Of a DNA stretch of 64,000 nt, positions 46,566 to 58,718 are shown in pieces. The notes beneath the pieces are model-generated. The model made no database searches, had not been told where the DNA came from, and saw nothing but the letters and a program-made list of their open reading frames with translations. Where the stretch lies: positions 310,001 to 374,000 of the forward strand of contig NW_027191455.1 of the NCBI RefSeq assembly GCF_011745625.1, given 5' to 3'. How positions within the stretch are numbered: position 1 is the stretch's first letter; every line of letters begins with the position of its first letter. This DNA comes from Cladosporium halotolerans. Its lineage: Eukaryota. The position numbers were made by a program, and so were the translations under genes.

Positions 46566-46960
46566 TTTGCAGATTCTGCCAGAAAAATGAAAGTATGCCG
46601 CGAGAGTACTAGTTTTTGGTCGCGGTCGTCAATCACTGTGCAGGGTGGTTGGGTGGGTGATCATTTGCATCAATGACGTCACAAACTGTCTTCGATCAAC
46701 ATACATGTACCGTACGTTGCGCATCCGAAAGTTTGTAGGCTTTTGAAGATTACGACGCGTTCTTGAGAGTGAATCTATTCCTCTCCGGGTAGAAGTTTGA
46801 ACTCAATAGCCTATGGTAAAAGATAGTACCACAAACACATGCCGTACGTCTGGTTATCTGACATGCTCAAGCGATGGCATAGACAAACTCAGACGTGACA
46901 GCCATTGACTTCGATACACAGATCAAGATAGTTGCACAATGGGTTCAGATCAGCATTGTC

Positions 46961-47840
46961 TCACGGCCTAGCGCCATCGCTATGGTCGATAGTCGGGTAG
47001 AAGAGCCCAATCACCGCAACCGCATAGCAGCCGCCCGCGAACGCGCTGGTCAAGGTAACAAATGCTGCGATCTCCTCGCTCATCAGCCAATCGAGCCACG
47101 GCGCCATCCAAACAAAACCAGCTCCAAACCATGAATAACGAGAAGAACAGGAAAACTCACCTTCACCCTCTCCTCCTCCCATTCCCAACCCACCCTCCCC
47201 GCCTCCACCCAAACCTCAATCGCCAACCCGACCAAAAACCACAGCACGCTCAGCTTCAGCAGCATCCCCGGCGTGCCCCAAATCCACGGTTGCAGAATAC
47301 GAGGCTTCCACTCGTTGCCTCCACTTCTTCCTGCCCCTGCGACGCGATAACCCATGACCTCGCGAGTGCGCGCCGTGCGGTCCGCGCGACACTTGAGCCG
47401 TAGCAGGCTGCCACTGCAGAGGCCCGAGGCACTGATGGATGCAAGCGCAAAGACGAGACCCGAGTACCAGCTCGCGCGCGTCGCCCAGTGCGAGGTCGGG
47501 ATGCTGGGCCAGGAGAAGGCGCTGGAGATTACGCCGGCTATGAGGGCGGACTGGCGTGAGAGTGTTAGTGGGCGCGCTTTGGGTTGGAACGGGAGAGGGA
47601 GGGGAGACGTGCGGTCAGCCCGGTCGTGCTCATGGTGCTGAGCGTGCTGGTCACGAAGTCGGAGGTGAGGGTTTCGCGCTCAGAGAGGCTTGGAGCGTTT
47701 AGGAAGGATTGGGTTGTGCTGCGAGTCCATCGGGAGGGGATGAAGAGATCTGCGAGGCTGTGGGTGAGGGAGTGCGTGGCGGTTTTTGTGCGGGCGATGG
47801 TCGTTTCAAGGGCGTCAAGACATTGGTGGAGGGTCTTCAT
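46961..47840 (-). CDS. Hypothetical small multi-pass membrane protein; 2 introns, the first GC-AG
   Basis: Splicing 47612-47551 and about 47160-47076 joins the ORF-track fragments into one frame with about four TM segments (SALIAGVISSAFSWP; WYSGLVFALASI; LSVLWFLVGLAI; IAAFVTLTSAF). Confidence 0.65.
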
Positions 47841-48421
47841 GACAGTCTGGTTTGATGGCGATGCTGCTGGAAACGGGCAAAGATCCTGATCGTTCTGAGG
47901 TGAGTTTTGATGCGAAAAGCATCAAAATTACGGATCTCGAGAGCCCAGCCTTGCGAAGCGGGAGGTTTGTGTTGGCTATGGACGAATAGCAGCATAGTCC
48001 ATACCAGTACGGCAAGGCGTGATATGCAAGATGCAAGCCTCGTCGGCTCAGTGTGACACGATGTGAGGCTGAAGAGATCGACATGCAGGACGGCGTGGCG
48101 TGTGGATGGATCGGCTGTCAGATGTACTACATCGAAAATCGTGCTAGACCTAACTTGTTAGGAGTCTACCTTAGTTTGAATCATGTTTTCCATGCACAGA
48201 TAGTTGATCTCAGTGGGATCGAATGCTCAGAAAACCATCGAACCCGCCGCGTCGTGACCGCCATTCTACTTTTGAATGCAGCATTTCAGCTCCCCACTTC
48301 TCGCTTCACGCTTGTAGATCAACACTCTCTCGACTATCTGGACTGCAAAATAAAGATTGGTACTGTCGGCTGCGCCACAAGATGGAAGCGTAACGTAAAG
48401 TCTAGCAATGATCATCAAGTT

Positions 48422-49356
48422 ATGACAGGCGACAGAGGAGTTTCTGGAGAGAGCTCTATGGTTAGGATTGGGGTTGCGAGAGGCGAGATCTCTATCGCTG
48501 GTAGGGCGCACTGTCTGTATCAGCTCCAAAAAAAGTGCTGACCATGGTTGAGGCTGGTGAGATCGACGGCATCGTCTTTGCGCCTCTCAACAAAAGCTCA
48601 CTTAAGCTGGCGGGGAGGACCGAGGAGGACGAGCTGCGGTGGTTTGAAAAGCAGTTAGACTTTGAAGGGACCACAAGCGAGATCAATATCTCTGGGCCGC
48701 TTTGTACACGAGAGTGACCAGCCATAACGCCCTTGCTGGTGTTGCTGAGTGCATCACTCAGGGATCTGTTTCCAACGCCATTGAGTTGCTGCAGAGATTG
48801 AGGTGTGCACCAAGATTTTGTCTGACATGTATGTTACTAACTTATGATAGCTGGGAGTCTGGCATTGATTCACCGCGCCTCGCATGCGCTCTCAACCCTC
48901 ACAATGGTGAGAACGGTTCCCTCGGGCGTCAAGAGATAGATCACATCCTCGCCCCATCGTTGCAGCCGCCCGAGAAAAAGATGTCGACGTCCAAAGATCG
49001 TATCAGTGCGATACTTCTTTTTTGAAGGGTGAAGATTCCGATGTTATCGTCACGATTCGCCAGAACCAAGGTCAGATTGCGATGAAGCTGTTGTCATTCG
49101 ATGTCGGGATAACCGTTCAGGGAGGCCTGCCATGCCCGTCGCAACACCCGCTGATGGCACGGCGTTTGATATTGCGGGAAAGAACATGGCGGATGTCAAA
49201 AGCACACAGAACGCTTTTGACATTGCGGTTACGATGGCAGAAAGGGAGATATTGAAGGAGGTCCGGCCACCACGGCAAGGGCTCGATTTCCAGTTGACCA
49301 AACCTGGTCTTCCTATCACGAAGACGACAATTTTAGAGATTCTCTCATGCTGTTAG
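48422..49356 (+). pseudogene. pdxA: Decayed PdxA-family (4-hydroxythreonine-4-phosphate / sugar-acid phosphate dehydrogenase) gene
   Basis: Consecutive fragments in shifting frames: IDGIVFAPLNK, VTSH, ALNPHNGENG.LGRQE, QGQIAMKLLSFD.G.TVQGGL and TPADGTAFDIAGK. At least four frame changes; conserved His positions altered (YHDQG to RQNQG, HGTA to DGTA). Confidence 0.85.
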
Positions 49357-49824
49357 CACTGGTAGTACACGGCCTAATTCGGTGCATTCCACGAAGACTG
49401 ATACGCTATGTCAATTTTTCCTTTGTCATGCCAATAGTTCTGGGATGACAATTCCCGGAAGCAGAGAGATTCACGTAGTGTTGTCTTTCCTCATCGACTA
49501 TCGAGGCCGCAATTTCCCTGGGGAGTCTAGCATGTTCACTATACTAGAACACGTGATGGTCTTCCAAAAGCGACACACGAAGGTTGCGCGACTGGACATC
49601 CAAGTTCCACAACATACCTGTTTGATGCCTGAGTTGGTGCCTGCAGATCTCAGGCATCAACCAACACGTGAAGCGTGTGAGTCTCTCGCGCCGGACCCTT
49701 CCATTGGCGGGGCAAGGCTTCTGGTTTTACCTCTAGGCTCTTGTTCGCGTCGCCCACCTTGACCCATTAAAATACTTGGGCAGATTCCTGGCAGAAGGCA
49801 GCGTGCGCTGTAAGCGCCTGCAGT

Positions 49825-52722
49825 ATGAGCACGCCAACGCAAAATGGCAAGCGCAAAGCCATTGAGACCGTGGACCTCACGGGAGATGATAGCGACGACG
49901 AACCGGACTCAGCAAAGCGCAGGATGACGCCCCGATCTAGTATTCCTCAATCTGCTGGCCGAGGAAGCCACGTCGACTTTGCACGGAATACCTATAGCTC
50001 ATCTTTCAATTTTCCTTCGAGCAGGCCGTCTATGTCAGTCAATGGCCGGCATGCGGACGCCGAACGCAACGACTGGCTCAATGAGGATGAAGACGACATC
50101 AACGAGGTCGTCGCCTCGACTCAAGACGATGCGGAGGGAACTGAGCAGCTCCACCATTATGGCGATGTAGACACCAAGATCGTTGGTATTCAGTACTATC
50201 GAGGCTTTGCCAGCACTGGCGAGGTAATTCTGATCCGTAGAGAGCCACGCAACCCGTATGACGCGAACGCTATCCGAGTTGACAATGTAAATCGTCAACA
50301 AATTGGCCATATCCCAAGACGAATGGCCGAAAAACTGGCTAAATACATTGACAACAGCTGGTTGCATGTCGAGGGTAGATTGGCAGGACCCAAGGGTCAA
50401 TTTGACTGCCCTTTAACTATCGCCATGTTTGGACCAGACCCGAATACTGATGCGGGGCGCAATCTCGCGAGCCGCATGACCGAGGACAAGCTCTCTACCA
50501 AAGCACTCATAGAAGCTGAGCGTGTCCGCAAGAAGAGAGAGAAGGAACGCGAGCAAGCGGAAAAGCGTCGCCGTGCCGAAGCCTTGAGAGCTGCTGGTCG
50601 CGGTCAAGGCGGTCGCGTAATGAACCAGTCTGCTACCCGATGGAGGAATCAGATGACTCCTGGCGACGACCCTAGCGAGCCACTCATGGAAGATATCCTC
50701 GAGGCGTCGCAACGCTTCAATCCTAGAGAAATTGGCCAAACGGCAGATCAGTGTGGCCTGCAGGAAGACACTTTGAAGTCAATGCCAATGGCGGCAAAGC
50801 CTGCTGAGATCAGGATCAGAATGCTCCCTTACCAATTGCAAGGTCTCCAGTGGCTCCTCGACCATGAATCTCCCGCATTGCCGGGTAGCAGCGACTGTGA
50901 GACCGTTCAACTTTGGAAAAAGCATCCTAGAACTCCTGGGGCTTACATCAACCTGGCGACCAACTACAGCATTCAAGGGTCGCCCGGGTTTGCCAGCGGA
51001 GGCATTTTGGCTGACGATATGGGGCTCGGGAAGACTCTCGAGATGATCGCGCTTTTGATTGCGGATAACGAGAAGTGTGGCGGCAAAGCTGGAACAACGT
51101 TGATCGTCTCTCCCCTATCTGTCATGTCAAACTGGAGCGATCAAATTACTCGTCACGTTCATGAGCACCACGCGCTAAGCGTCTACACTTATCACGCCGC
51201 TGGCCGCATCCACATGAAAGCTGCAGATTTCGCCAGGTACGATGTTGTGATAACGACATACCAGACTCTCGCGTCGGACTTTATGCCACGAGGCAAAGCC
51301 AAGGAGCCCGGCAAAGGCTTGCGTTCGTCAGGACTGTACAGCATGGATTGGCGTCGTATAATTCTTGACGAAGGTCACACTATTCGCAACCCTTCATCAA
51401 AAGGCGCCGCTGCCGTGATGGCAGTGACCGTGAGGAGCCGTTGGGTTTTGACAGGAACACCAATCATCAACTCACTCAAGGATCTCTACTGTTTGCTTCG
51501 TTTCATTGGGATTACAGGCGGACTTGAACAGCTCGAAGTGTTCAACAGCGTCCTTGTTCGTCCGCTCAAAAACGGAATTGCGGATGCGACCTTGTTGCTC
51601 CAAGCGATCATGGCCGCGTTCACCTTACGCCGCAGGAAAGAAATGTCTTTCATCGACCTCAAGTTGCCGTCCATCGAGGAATACAAGCATATGATTACCT
51701 TTACGGCAAAGGAGAAAGCCCGCTACGAAGCTTTTGAGAAGCAGGCGAAAGGCCAGCTCTCCAAGTACCAAAATCAGTCGTCGAACGGAGTCAGGAAGAA
51801 CAAGGCTTTCCAGATTCTACTGGAGATCTTGTTGCGCATGCGTCAATGTTGCAATCACTGGCAGCTCTGCGAAGAGCGTGTCTTGGAGGTAATGGAGGTC
51901 CTCGAGAAGCAGGGCAGCGTCACCCTCAATGATGAGACTGTCAAAGGCCTACAAGGCCTCCTGCAGATTCACATCGAGTCGCAAGAAGATTGCGCCGTCT
52001 GTCTGGACGGCTTGCACAGTCCCGTCATAACGACATGCGGCCACTTCTTTGGCTACGAATGCATATCGAAGGTCATCGAGACCCAGCATAAATGCCCCAT
52101 GTGCCGGGCCGACCTCCAGGATGAAACCTGTCTCGTCCATCCCGCCAACGATTGCGGTGACGCGTCCGCCGACGACGAAATAGACATGAGCACATCCAGC
52201 AGCAAGATCGAAGCCATGATGAACATCCTCTCCGCCACCAAAGCAAAGGAGGAAAAGACCGTCATCTTCAGCCAGTGGACCCGCTACCTCGACATCGTCG
52301 GCACGCGGCTGGCAAGCGAAGGATACAAATTCTGCCGCATCGACGGCACCATGAAGGCGCAGAGCCGCGACGACGCCCTCCACGCCCTCGAGAGCGACAG
52401 CGACACCACGATCATGCTGGCTTCACTGGGCGTGTGTGCCGTGGGCCTCAATCTCACGAGCGCAAACCAAATCATCCTGAGCGACTCGTGGTGGGCGCCT
52501 GCCATCGAAGACCAAGCCGTCGACCGCGTTCACCGTCTCGGCCAGACGAGGGACTGCCGCATTTTCCGCTTAGTCGTCGAAGGCACAATCGAGGATAAAG
52601 TTCTCGATATCCAGCAGGACAAGCGCAAGTTGATGCGTCTGGCTTTCGGTGAGAAGAAGGGCAAGCGCGACGAGGTGAAGACCGGGCGGTTGGCGGACAT
52701 CCAGAGGTTGCTGCGCGATTGA
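49825..52722 (+). CDS. HIRAN-SNF2-RING helicase / ubiquitin ligase (Rad5/HLTF-like)
   Basis: HIRAN (IVGIQYY...REPRNPYDANAI...IGHIPR), GGILADDMGLGKT, ILDEGH, LTGTP, C3HC4-like RING (CAVC...CGH...CPMCR) and QAVDRVHRLGQ. Confidence 0.93.
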   Translation: MSTPTQNGKRKAIETVDLTGDDSDDEPDSAKRRMTPRSSIPQSAGRGSHVDFARNTYSSSFNFPSSRPSMSVNGRHADAERNDWLNEDEDDINEVVASTQDDAEGTEQLHHYGDVDTKIVGIQYYRGFASTGEVILIRREPRNPYDANAIRVDNVNRQQIGHIPRRMAEKLAKYIDNSWLHVEGRLAGPKGQFDCPLTIAMFGPDPNTDAGRNLASRMTEDKLSTKALIEAERVRKKREKEREQAEKRRRAEALRAAGRGQGGRVMNQSATRWRNQMTPGDDPSEPLMEDILEASQRFNPREIGQTADQCGLQEDTLKSMPMAAKPAEIRIRMLPYQLQGLQWLLDHESPALPGSSDCETVQLWKKHPRTPGAYINLATNYSIQGSPGFASGGILADDMGLGKTLEMIALLIADNEKCGGKAGTTLIVSPLSVMSNWSDQITRHVHEHHALSVYTYHAAGRIHMKAADFARYDVVITTYQTLASDFMPRGKAKEPGKGLRSSGLYSMDWRRIILDEGHTIRNPSSKGAAAVMAVTVRSRWVLTGTPIINSLKDLYCLLRFIGITGGLEQLEVFNSVLVRPLKNGIADATLLLQAIMAAFTLRRRKEMSFIDLKLPSIEEYKHMITFTAKEKARYEAFEKQAKGQLSKYQNQSSNGVRKNKAFQILLEILLRMRQCCNHWQLCEERVLEVMEVLEKQGSVTLNDETVKGLQGLLQIHIESQEDCAVCLDGLHSPVITTCGHFFGYECISKVIETQHKCPMCRADLQDETCLVHPANDCGDASADDEIDMSTSSSKIEAMMNILSATKAKEEKTVIFSQWTRYLDIVGTRLASEGYKFCRIDGTMKAQSRDDALHALESDSDTTIMLASLGVCAVGLNLTSANQIILSDSWWAPAIEDQAVDRVHRLGQTRDCRIFRLVVEGTIEDKVLDIQQDKRKLMRLAFGEKKGKRDEVKTGRLADIQRLLRD

Positions 52723-53803
52723 GATGTGCACTTCACCAAGGCTTGCTCCGTACCGGTTGCGCAGATGTATCTTATTAACGTGCCCTCTTAGCTATACGAC
52801 TCACGAAATATTACGACTTCACTGATATAGCAAATTGTATAACTACTACAGCAAGCTTGATTAAAAAACGCAGTCTATCGCAACCCAAAAAAACTATTGT
52901 AAACCAAGTAGAAAGACACCCAAAGCCACCTTATCATCAAGGTCCAACCACCAACTGACCATTTGGAATCCCCACGTCTCAATATACAATTTACGCTTTC
53001 TTGGCGGCCACTGACTAAACCTTATCTGAAGCACACTCAATCGACGATGTCGCCATGACGGAGGGGGTGGCCTGAGGCAGACGTAATCTCATACCACTAG
53101 GGTACTGTATACTCAGCCATCACATCAAGTCAGGCGTTCCATCTAGGAAACCGGCGTTGGAATGTGAGAGCCCTTCCTTGAGGCGAATCCAGATCGACGA
53201 AACGTATCAAGTGGGAAATCAATCTCGATCAATCAAAAGTATTTCATATTTCATTCAATTCGCTCCACTCCTCTCGATCCCCATAGCTATCCATTCCTCG
53301 CGTTCCCTTCCACCATCCAAAACCCCCACCCAACCAAGCTCCCATGTTGCGCCTCAAGGGCAGGTATCCTAATGAAAAACACAAGCAGCAACAAAACAAG
53401 ACAAAGAGACAAGATAGGTCTATGAGAGAGATAGAGAGGAAGCAATGAGAAGAGCCGCCCCGTCTTGCCAGAGAAAACTGGAAAGGGGTATATGCAAGCG
53501 AAGCGAGCGAGCTGGGTTGTCGAATCGAGAGCCCTCTGGGCTGTGGGATGGTAAGGAAATGGAAGGAATCGCTTGGAGAAAGGGAAGAAACGAGCTGACT
53601 GGGAGGAGGGCTCGTAAGTGTACGTTTCGGGACGTGAAGTTGTGGGCGGTGTTCGGTGGGAGCGGCGGAGTGAATTGTGGTCTTGAGGTCTCCACAAGTG
53701 GTGGCTTTCGGGGTAGTCGACCTTTTGTACATTCGCATGTTCGAGAATGCAATGGGGAACCCGCGATCCACGTTCAAGAATCCAGAACCAAGGCCAGGCC
53801 ACC

Positions 53804-54850
53804 TTAATCGCTCAAATCCGGGTTGGCGACAAACAGTCTTCCAGCGTTCATGGTCATAGCGCGATCGTCCACACTGCCGCGTCGCCGGAGCTCTTCGCTC
53901 GTTTTCCGCTCACTCTCTGCTCTTGCCCGTTGCTGCACAGGCGGCAGCCCAGAAGATTGACCGAACTGCCTCTCGACCTCACCGCTAGATCCGCTGCCAC
54001 CTTGTCCGCCCGCATGACCAAAGTAGTCATCACTCTGCTTGCCATACAAGTTAGGCGTCGGTGTTTCATCGTCGAGGCCGAGAGGGCTGTTGGCAGATGG
54101 CGTCGAATTCGTCGAATAGCCGCGCTGAATATACTGGCTGTGGACTCGCTGGCCGCTACCAAGGCTCGAGCGGCCGGAGCCACTGCGTTGGTGGTAGCGG
54201 GGCTCTTCGTCGCTGTCGCCTTCCTCCACTTCGGTGGCACTCAGACGCATGGGCACGCCGGCTCCAGAGTGTGCGACGGCGTTGTAGGCGCTGGCCTTGA
54301 CGGCGCCGTGGTGTCTGATCTTGCTCCTCATGCCGCCGGCAATACCGGAAGAATTTGTGCCGGTTCGTGTGCCACCAACGACGTGCTGTGATCCCGCCAC
54401 CTCCATTGTAGCCCGCATCTTTGCCTGCCGTTGTGCTGCCAGGATTCTTGGGTCTTCGTGTTGTGCTCGATCGCACCAGACAGTGGCCTTCTGTTTGCGC
54501 ATCAGGGCGACATATGAGGTAGGGCTGGTGGTGGAGGTGCTGCGGGAGGATGTGGAGCGGCGGACGCTGCTGGGGTAGTTGCCCTGCTGGTTGCGCTGGG
54601 CGTTTGTGTTGGTGCTGTTAGAGGAGGAGGAGGTGGCCACGGAGGGCGTGCGGCGGGCGTGGGCGAACTGTTGCTGTTGCATTGGAGGAGAAACTCGAAG
54701 GGGTGGTACTGTCGAGGATGTGCTGTTAAGAGAGTATGTGTTCTGAGAGAATTGCTGCGCAGATGCTTGAGAGGTCTGCGAGTAAGGAGCAGGCGGCGCA
54801 CGGCCGGGGACTGGCTTCCTTTGCGGTGGCATGTTCATGACGGCGGCCAT
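53804..54850 (-). CDS. Conserved fungal hypothetical Ser-rich protein
   Basis: 348-aa ORF with the conserved-looking block SYVALMRKQKATVWCDRAQ.EDPR and C-terminal RLFVANPD. Confidence 0.8.
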   Translation of the reverse strand: MAAVMNMPPQRKPVPGRAPPAPYSQTSQASAQQFSQNTYSLNSTSSTVPPLRVSPPMQQQQFAHARRTPSVATSSSSNSTNTNAQRNQQGNYPSSVRRSTSSRSTSTTSPTSYVALMRKQKATVWCDRAQHEDPRILAAQRQAKMRATMEVAGSQHVVGGTRTGTNSSGIAGGMRSKIRHHGAVKASAYNAVAHSGAGVPMRLSATEVEEGDSDEEPRYHQRSGSGRSSLGSGQRVHSQYIQRGYSTNSTPSANSPLGLDDETPTPNLYGKQSDDYFGHAGGQGGSGSSGEVERQFGQSSGLPPVQQRARAESERKTSEELRRRGSVDDRAMTMNAGRLFVANPDLSD

Positions 54851-57800
54851 TGTGCTGATGTGAGAGTCTGCTGATCGGAGGGAGGTACAGCGGGACGCCG
54901 GCAGTCCAGATCGGGATGCCGAGGGGTAATTGTTTGTGCTCCGGATGGGACAGCTGTTTGGTAGAAAGGCTCCGAGCCGTCACTGTCTGTCGAGCGATGT
55001 TGCCAAAATCTTGCTTCTGGTGGGAGTGTTTCGTGTGAGAGGTCCCGAGCGTCGGGTATCCAAGCCGGGGGTGCTGCAGCAAGCCGGGTGGTGCAAGGGA
55101 GTGCGGTGTGCGTGTGCGTGTGCGTGTGCAAGGGGCGGTAAGGGTGTTGTATGTGAGCAGAAGATGCGAGGGAGGAGCGGCGAGGCAGGCTGATAGCAGT
55201 CGCAGTATCTCGCGCAGCAGCGGAGTCGCCGGCGCCCGCTCACCTCGCAACGTGGTGAGGGTGGAGTATGGGTGGCAGATGCGATGATGCTAGCGGCTAG
55301 CGCTGAGGCACGAGCCACGCCGTAGCAGGCTGCTCGGCTTGATGCAGGCGCGCGTGCACGGGAGCGTCTGTCTGGCGCGTTAGCAGCTGCTGGGCCGGCG
55401 ATGGGTGGATGGGTGCAGGGAGCAGCCCCGCCAGCACTGCGCGCCACGGCCTGACCGCCGGCGTGGAGGAAGCATGTGCGAGAGCGTGCCGTGGGCATTG
55501 GGCGGAGGGCGCGACTTACCGCAGGCAGATGGCAGATGGCGTGAGACACTCAGCTGCGGCACGCAAAGAGGCAAAGAGGGGCGCCCGCCAGAACCGCCGT
55601 TGCAGCTTGCGTCCAACTTCCAAGGCAGCGTGCGGCAGCAAGGCTGGTTGCAGCAGGGTGTGGACCAGTGGCAGAGGCCGGCGGAGTCGTGATCCTGGAG
55701 GCGCGGGACGGCGGGAGGAAGAGTCTATCTGGGATTGCAAGGTGCGCTGGCCGCCTGACGGAGCAGTTCTGTGGTGAGCGTAAGGTAGTAGGTGATTCCC
55801 TTCCAGCGCAGTGCAGGGTGGCTGTCCGGCGAGGCGAGCGCGCGGGCAAGGCGATTTATTCACGAGGCTATCAGTGGAATGAGCGAGCAGCGCGAAGAAT
55901 ACCGCGAGGGTCACGCTACCAACTGCCACTACGCACCCGTCTCGCTTGGTGTCGGCAGTGAATTACACGCTGCTGGGCGGTGCTAGCTGTGTCTATAAGG
56001 GCCGAACAGCAGATCAGGGCTCGTCGTCGCCAATGGCACGAGCAGATCGGCGCGACACCACGCCGCTGCGTCCCTACAGCGCTGCTCGATCGCACACAGC
56101 GGCCGCGGCGGCGAATGAGACGGCGCGACACGGGCGCGGTGTTGAAACGGATCCTCCAACTTTCTCTCTCACACATGCCATCGTGCATCATGCCTGTGCG
56201 CACCGCGAGCACCAAGTGGAGCCTGCCCGGTCGCCGGCCGTCGCGCTAGCCCGCGCAGGCCGAAGGCAGAGAGGAAACAGAGACGAGAGAGGCTCGTCTT
56301 GCGCGCTGCCACGCTTGCCACGCCGCCGCCTGTCATGCCAACCCTGCCGTCCTGCCCGTGCCGTGCGGAGGAGGGTGCGGGATGGGCAGGCACATCGCCC
56401 GATTGCTCGCCCACCACCATGCCATTTGCCTCCGTTGGGGTGGATTTTGAGGCAAATACCCCAGCGAGACGCATGCTCTTGTGCCATCTCTGCCATCTCT
56501 GCCTTTCAGCCGCCGCTCCAAGACCTGCTCCGGAGCTGGCGCCGTGCCGCGCGGGCGTGTCTTCGGTGCACGGTGGCGCGGTGCCAAAGAGAGACAGCGG
56601 TCCTTGTCGCCAAACGTCTGCACAAGGAGCTTGGCCAATGCATGCCAGAAACCGCTGCAGACGCCTCTGGTTGATCGTATCCAAACCGTCGGATGACGCT
56701 CTTCGCGCGAATCACCCGCTGCCGGCCCGCCAAGCCACCCTCGTTTTCGGCAGAGTGACATCCGACGAGGGGCGCAAGAACAAATCTCCTACCGAAACAC
56801 GCCTAGTCCGTCGTCAAACACCGCGCCGTCCGCTTCACGGACGCCGTGCTATTTTCTCCCTGCGAGGAGGGCGCGACGTCATTTCGTAAAGGGTCCTGTC
56901 GTGTGCGCCCTGGAGGAAAAAGCAAATGCTACGGCAATCATACTTTCAGAGCTACCTGACCTGCTATACTACGCTTACATACGCCGCATACTATTTCTGA
57001 CACCTCGGGTGCTCCCCGACCATGCAACGCCGTGATCTCCTAAAGCACCAAACACGAGCCCACCTCCGCCACCCTCGCCCGCTTCCCCATCCCCCTACTG
57101 CTATTTTCTCCCATAGCGTCAGAACCGCCTCACAGACTAAAATTCCTCGCCTCAACCGGAGCGCGTTCGCTCCGCTCCGATGCCCGGAATGCAGCCGGGG
57201 TAGACAAGCGCGTCGAGGCTCGCGCCTGGATATCCACCAGAAGCCGGAGCCGGCCATCTCGCGCACAGCCTCGCCAGCGCCAGCACTAAGACTGCTCGTA
57301 GAACGCGTTAGAATGTCCTGTCTCGCGCTTGCGGGAGCCCATCAACGGCCAGACTGGTCCCTGCCAGAAACCCTCCGACACTTCCAGCGGCCGAACAATT
57401 CACGGTCTTCCAGGTAGCGCCAAAAAAGCGACCTCGGCGCGCCTGTAGACCCGCATCTCTCAAGCTATACCATACCGTGCTAAGCAAATCCTGCAGAGAA
57501 CTATAGCAAGCGACCCCGGCCTTGGATCCTGCGAGACCTACATCCACCCACTTCCCAGATAATCTCCCCCCTCCAGCGCGCTGATAAGGGCCCACTCCTG
57601 ACTCGCACTGTCTCCCTCACCACTCGCGCTGACCGCCGCTCGCGCCTTATCACCAGATCTCTCTCGCGCGCTGCGCTGCGCTAGAGCGTTGGAACCGCTG
57701 CAGGGCCGACAATCTTGCTCGGCTCCCACCGAGTATGCACTCTTATGCAGGTGCCTTACTCGACGCTGCTCGTCTCTCTCGGATCCAACTCCATCTCTGG

Positions 57801-58463
57801 CCTGCGTGGGCTGGCGATGGGACCTTACTCGCCGCACAGCGACCGTGGACGCTTGATTTTCACCGCCGGACAGGAACGAAAGTGGCGTGCTCTCGTAAAC
57901 TGCCTGCAGCCCTACAGTGCGCACGACGGGACGTGCGCCCATTCGATCGCTTGCTTGCTTGCTCGCCTTCCCCGCCCGTCCGCTGCTTGCGTCGTGCAGG
58001 GCGCGTCTGTTTTGATGAAGATGCTCAGGAGAACAGCCAAAAGCCAAACTCCAAAATCCACAAACACGAATGCCCCCCCTCGAAACACCCCCTCTCCTCG
58101 TATATACACTCAACTCGAAATCCCTCTCGCGCCTCCATGCAACAACCCGCGCCCGCGGGTCTTCAAAACATCCCCTCCAACGCCCCCTCAAATTACAGGA
58201 CAAGGGCCCCCCACTCCACACGCCCGCTTCCAGGGCTCCAGCGACGCAAGGATCCCCCACGCTCCCGCCTGACCTACTGTCTCGTACGGTACCATGTCTG
58301 CCTGCACTTCGAACCCGACCCTAAGGGTCCAATGGGGAAATATCGCATATAGGTAATTCGACGGTAAGGGATGAAACTACTCGGATCCTTCGAGGACCCC
58401 GCTTTCGGCGGCTTCGGTGCTTTTATTATCGTGAGGGCTCCTGGAGGGGGGGAGGAGGGTGAT

Positions 58464-58572
58464 CTACATACGGGCAGGGTAGGCAGGTGTCGTGGGTGGG
58501 CTGGTGGCGGGTCGTGAGACGGTGGATGGGGAGGTCGTGTGAGGATCGGTTTCGTTTGAGATGGTGTGCTTC

Positions 58573-58605
<33 letters not shown>

Positions 58606-58718
58606 GCGAACGGACGATCGGTTCCTTGTCTGGTCGTCTTCGCGCTCGGCGCTGCGAAGTACAGGCCGGGCTCGATGGGCGCTACCTTGGTTTCTTCTTT
58701 GAGGCTCGGAGACGCCAT
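58464..58718 (-). CDS. Possible small hypothetical protein with a poly-Asp tract
   Basis: 84-aa ATG ORF containing the GAC repeat in frame as D9. No family recognised; it may be non-coding. Confidence 0.3.
58576..58605 (+). repeat. (TCG)10 microsatellite
   Basis: Direct read. Confidence 0.95.

Noticed and set aside
58300..58330. tRNA suggested by GGTTCGAA on the minus strand
   Set aside because: The flanks do not form a T-arm stem or a cloverleaf.
55380..58352. Many 100-240 aa ORFs on both strands
   Set aside because: Mutually overlapping and Arg/Ala/Pro-rich with no recognisable domains; expected by chance at this GC content.
54851..58450. Telomerase RNA in the long intergenic region
   Set aside because: No TAACCCTAA-type template seen on either strand.
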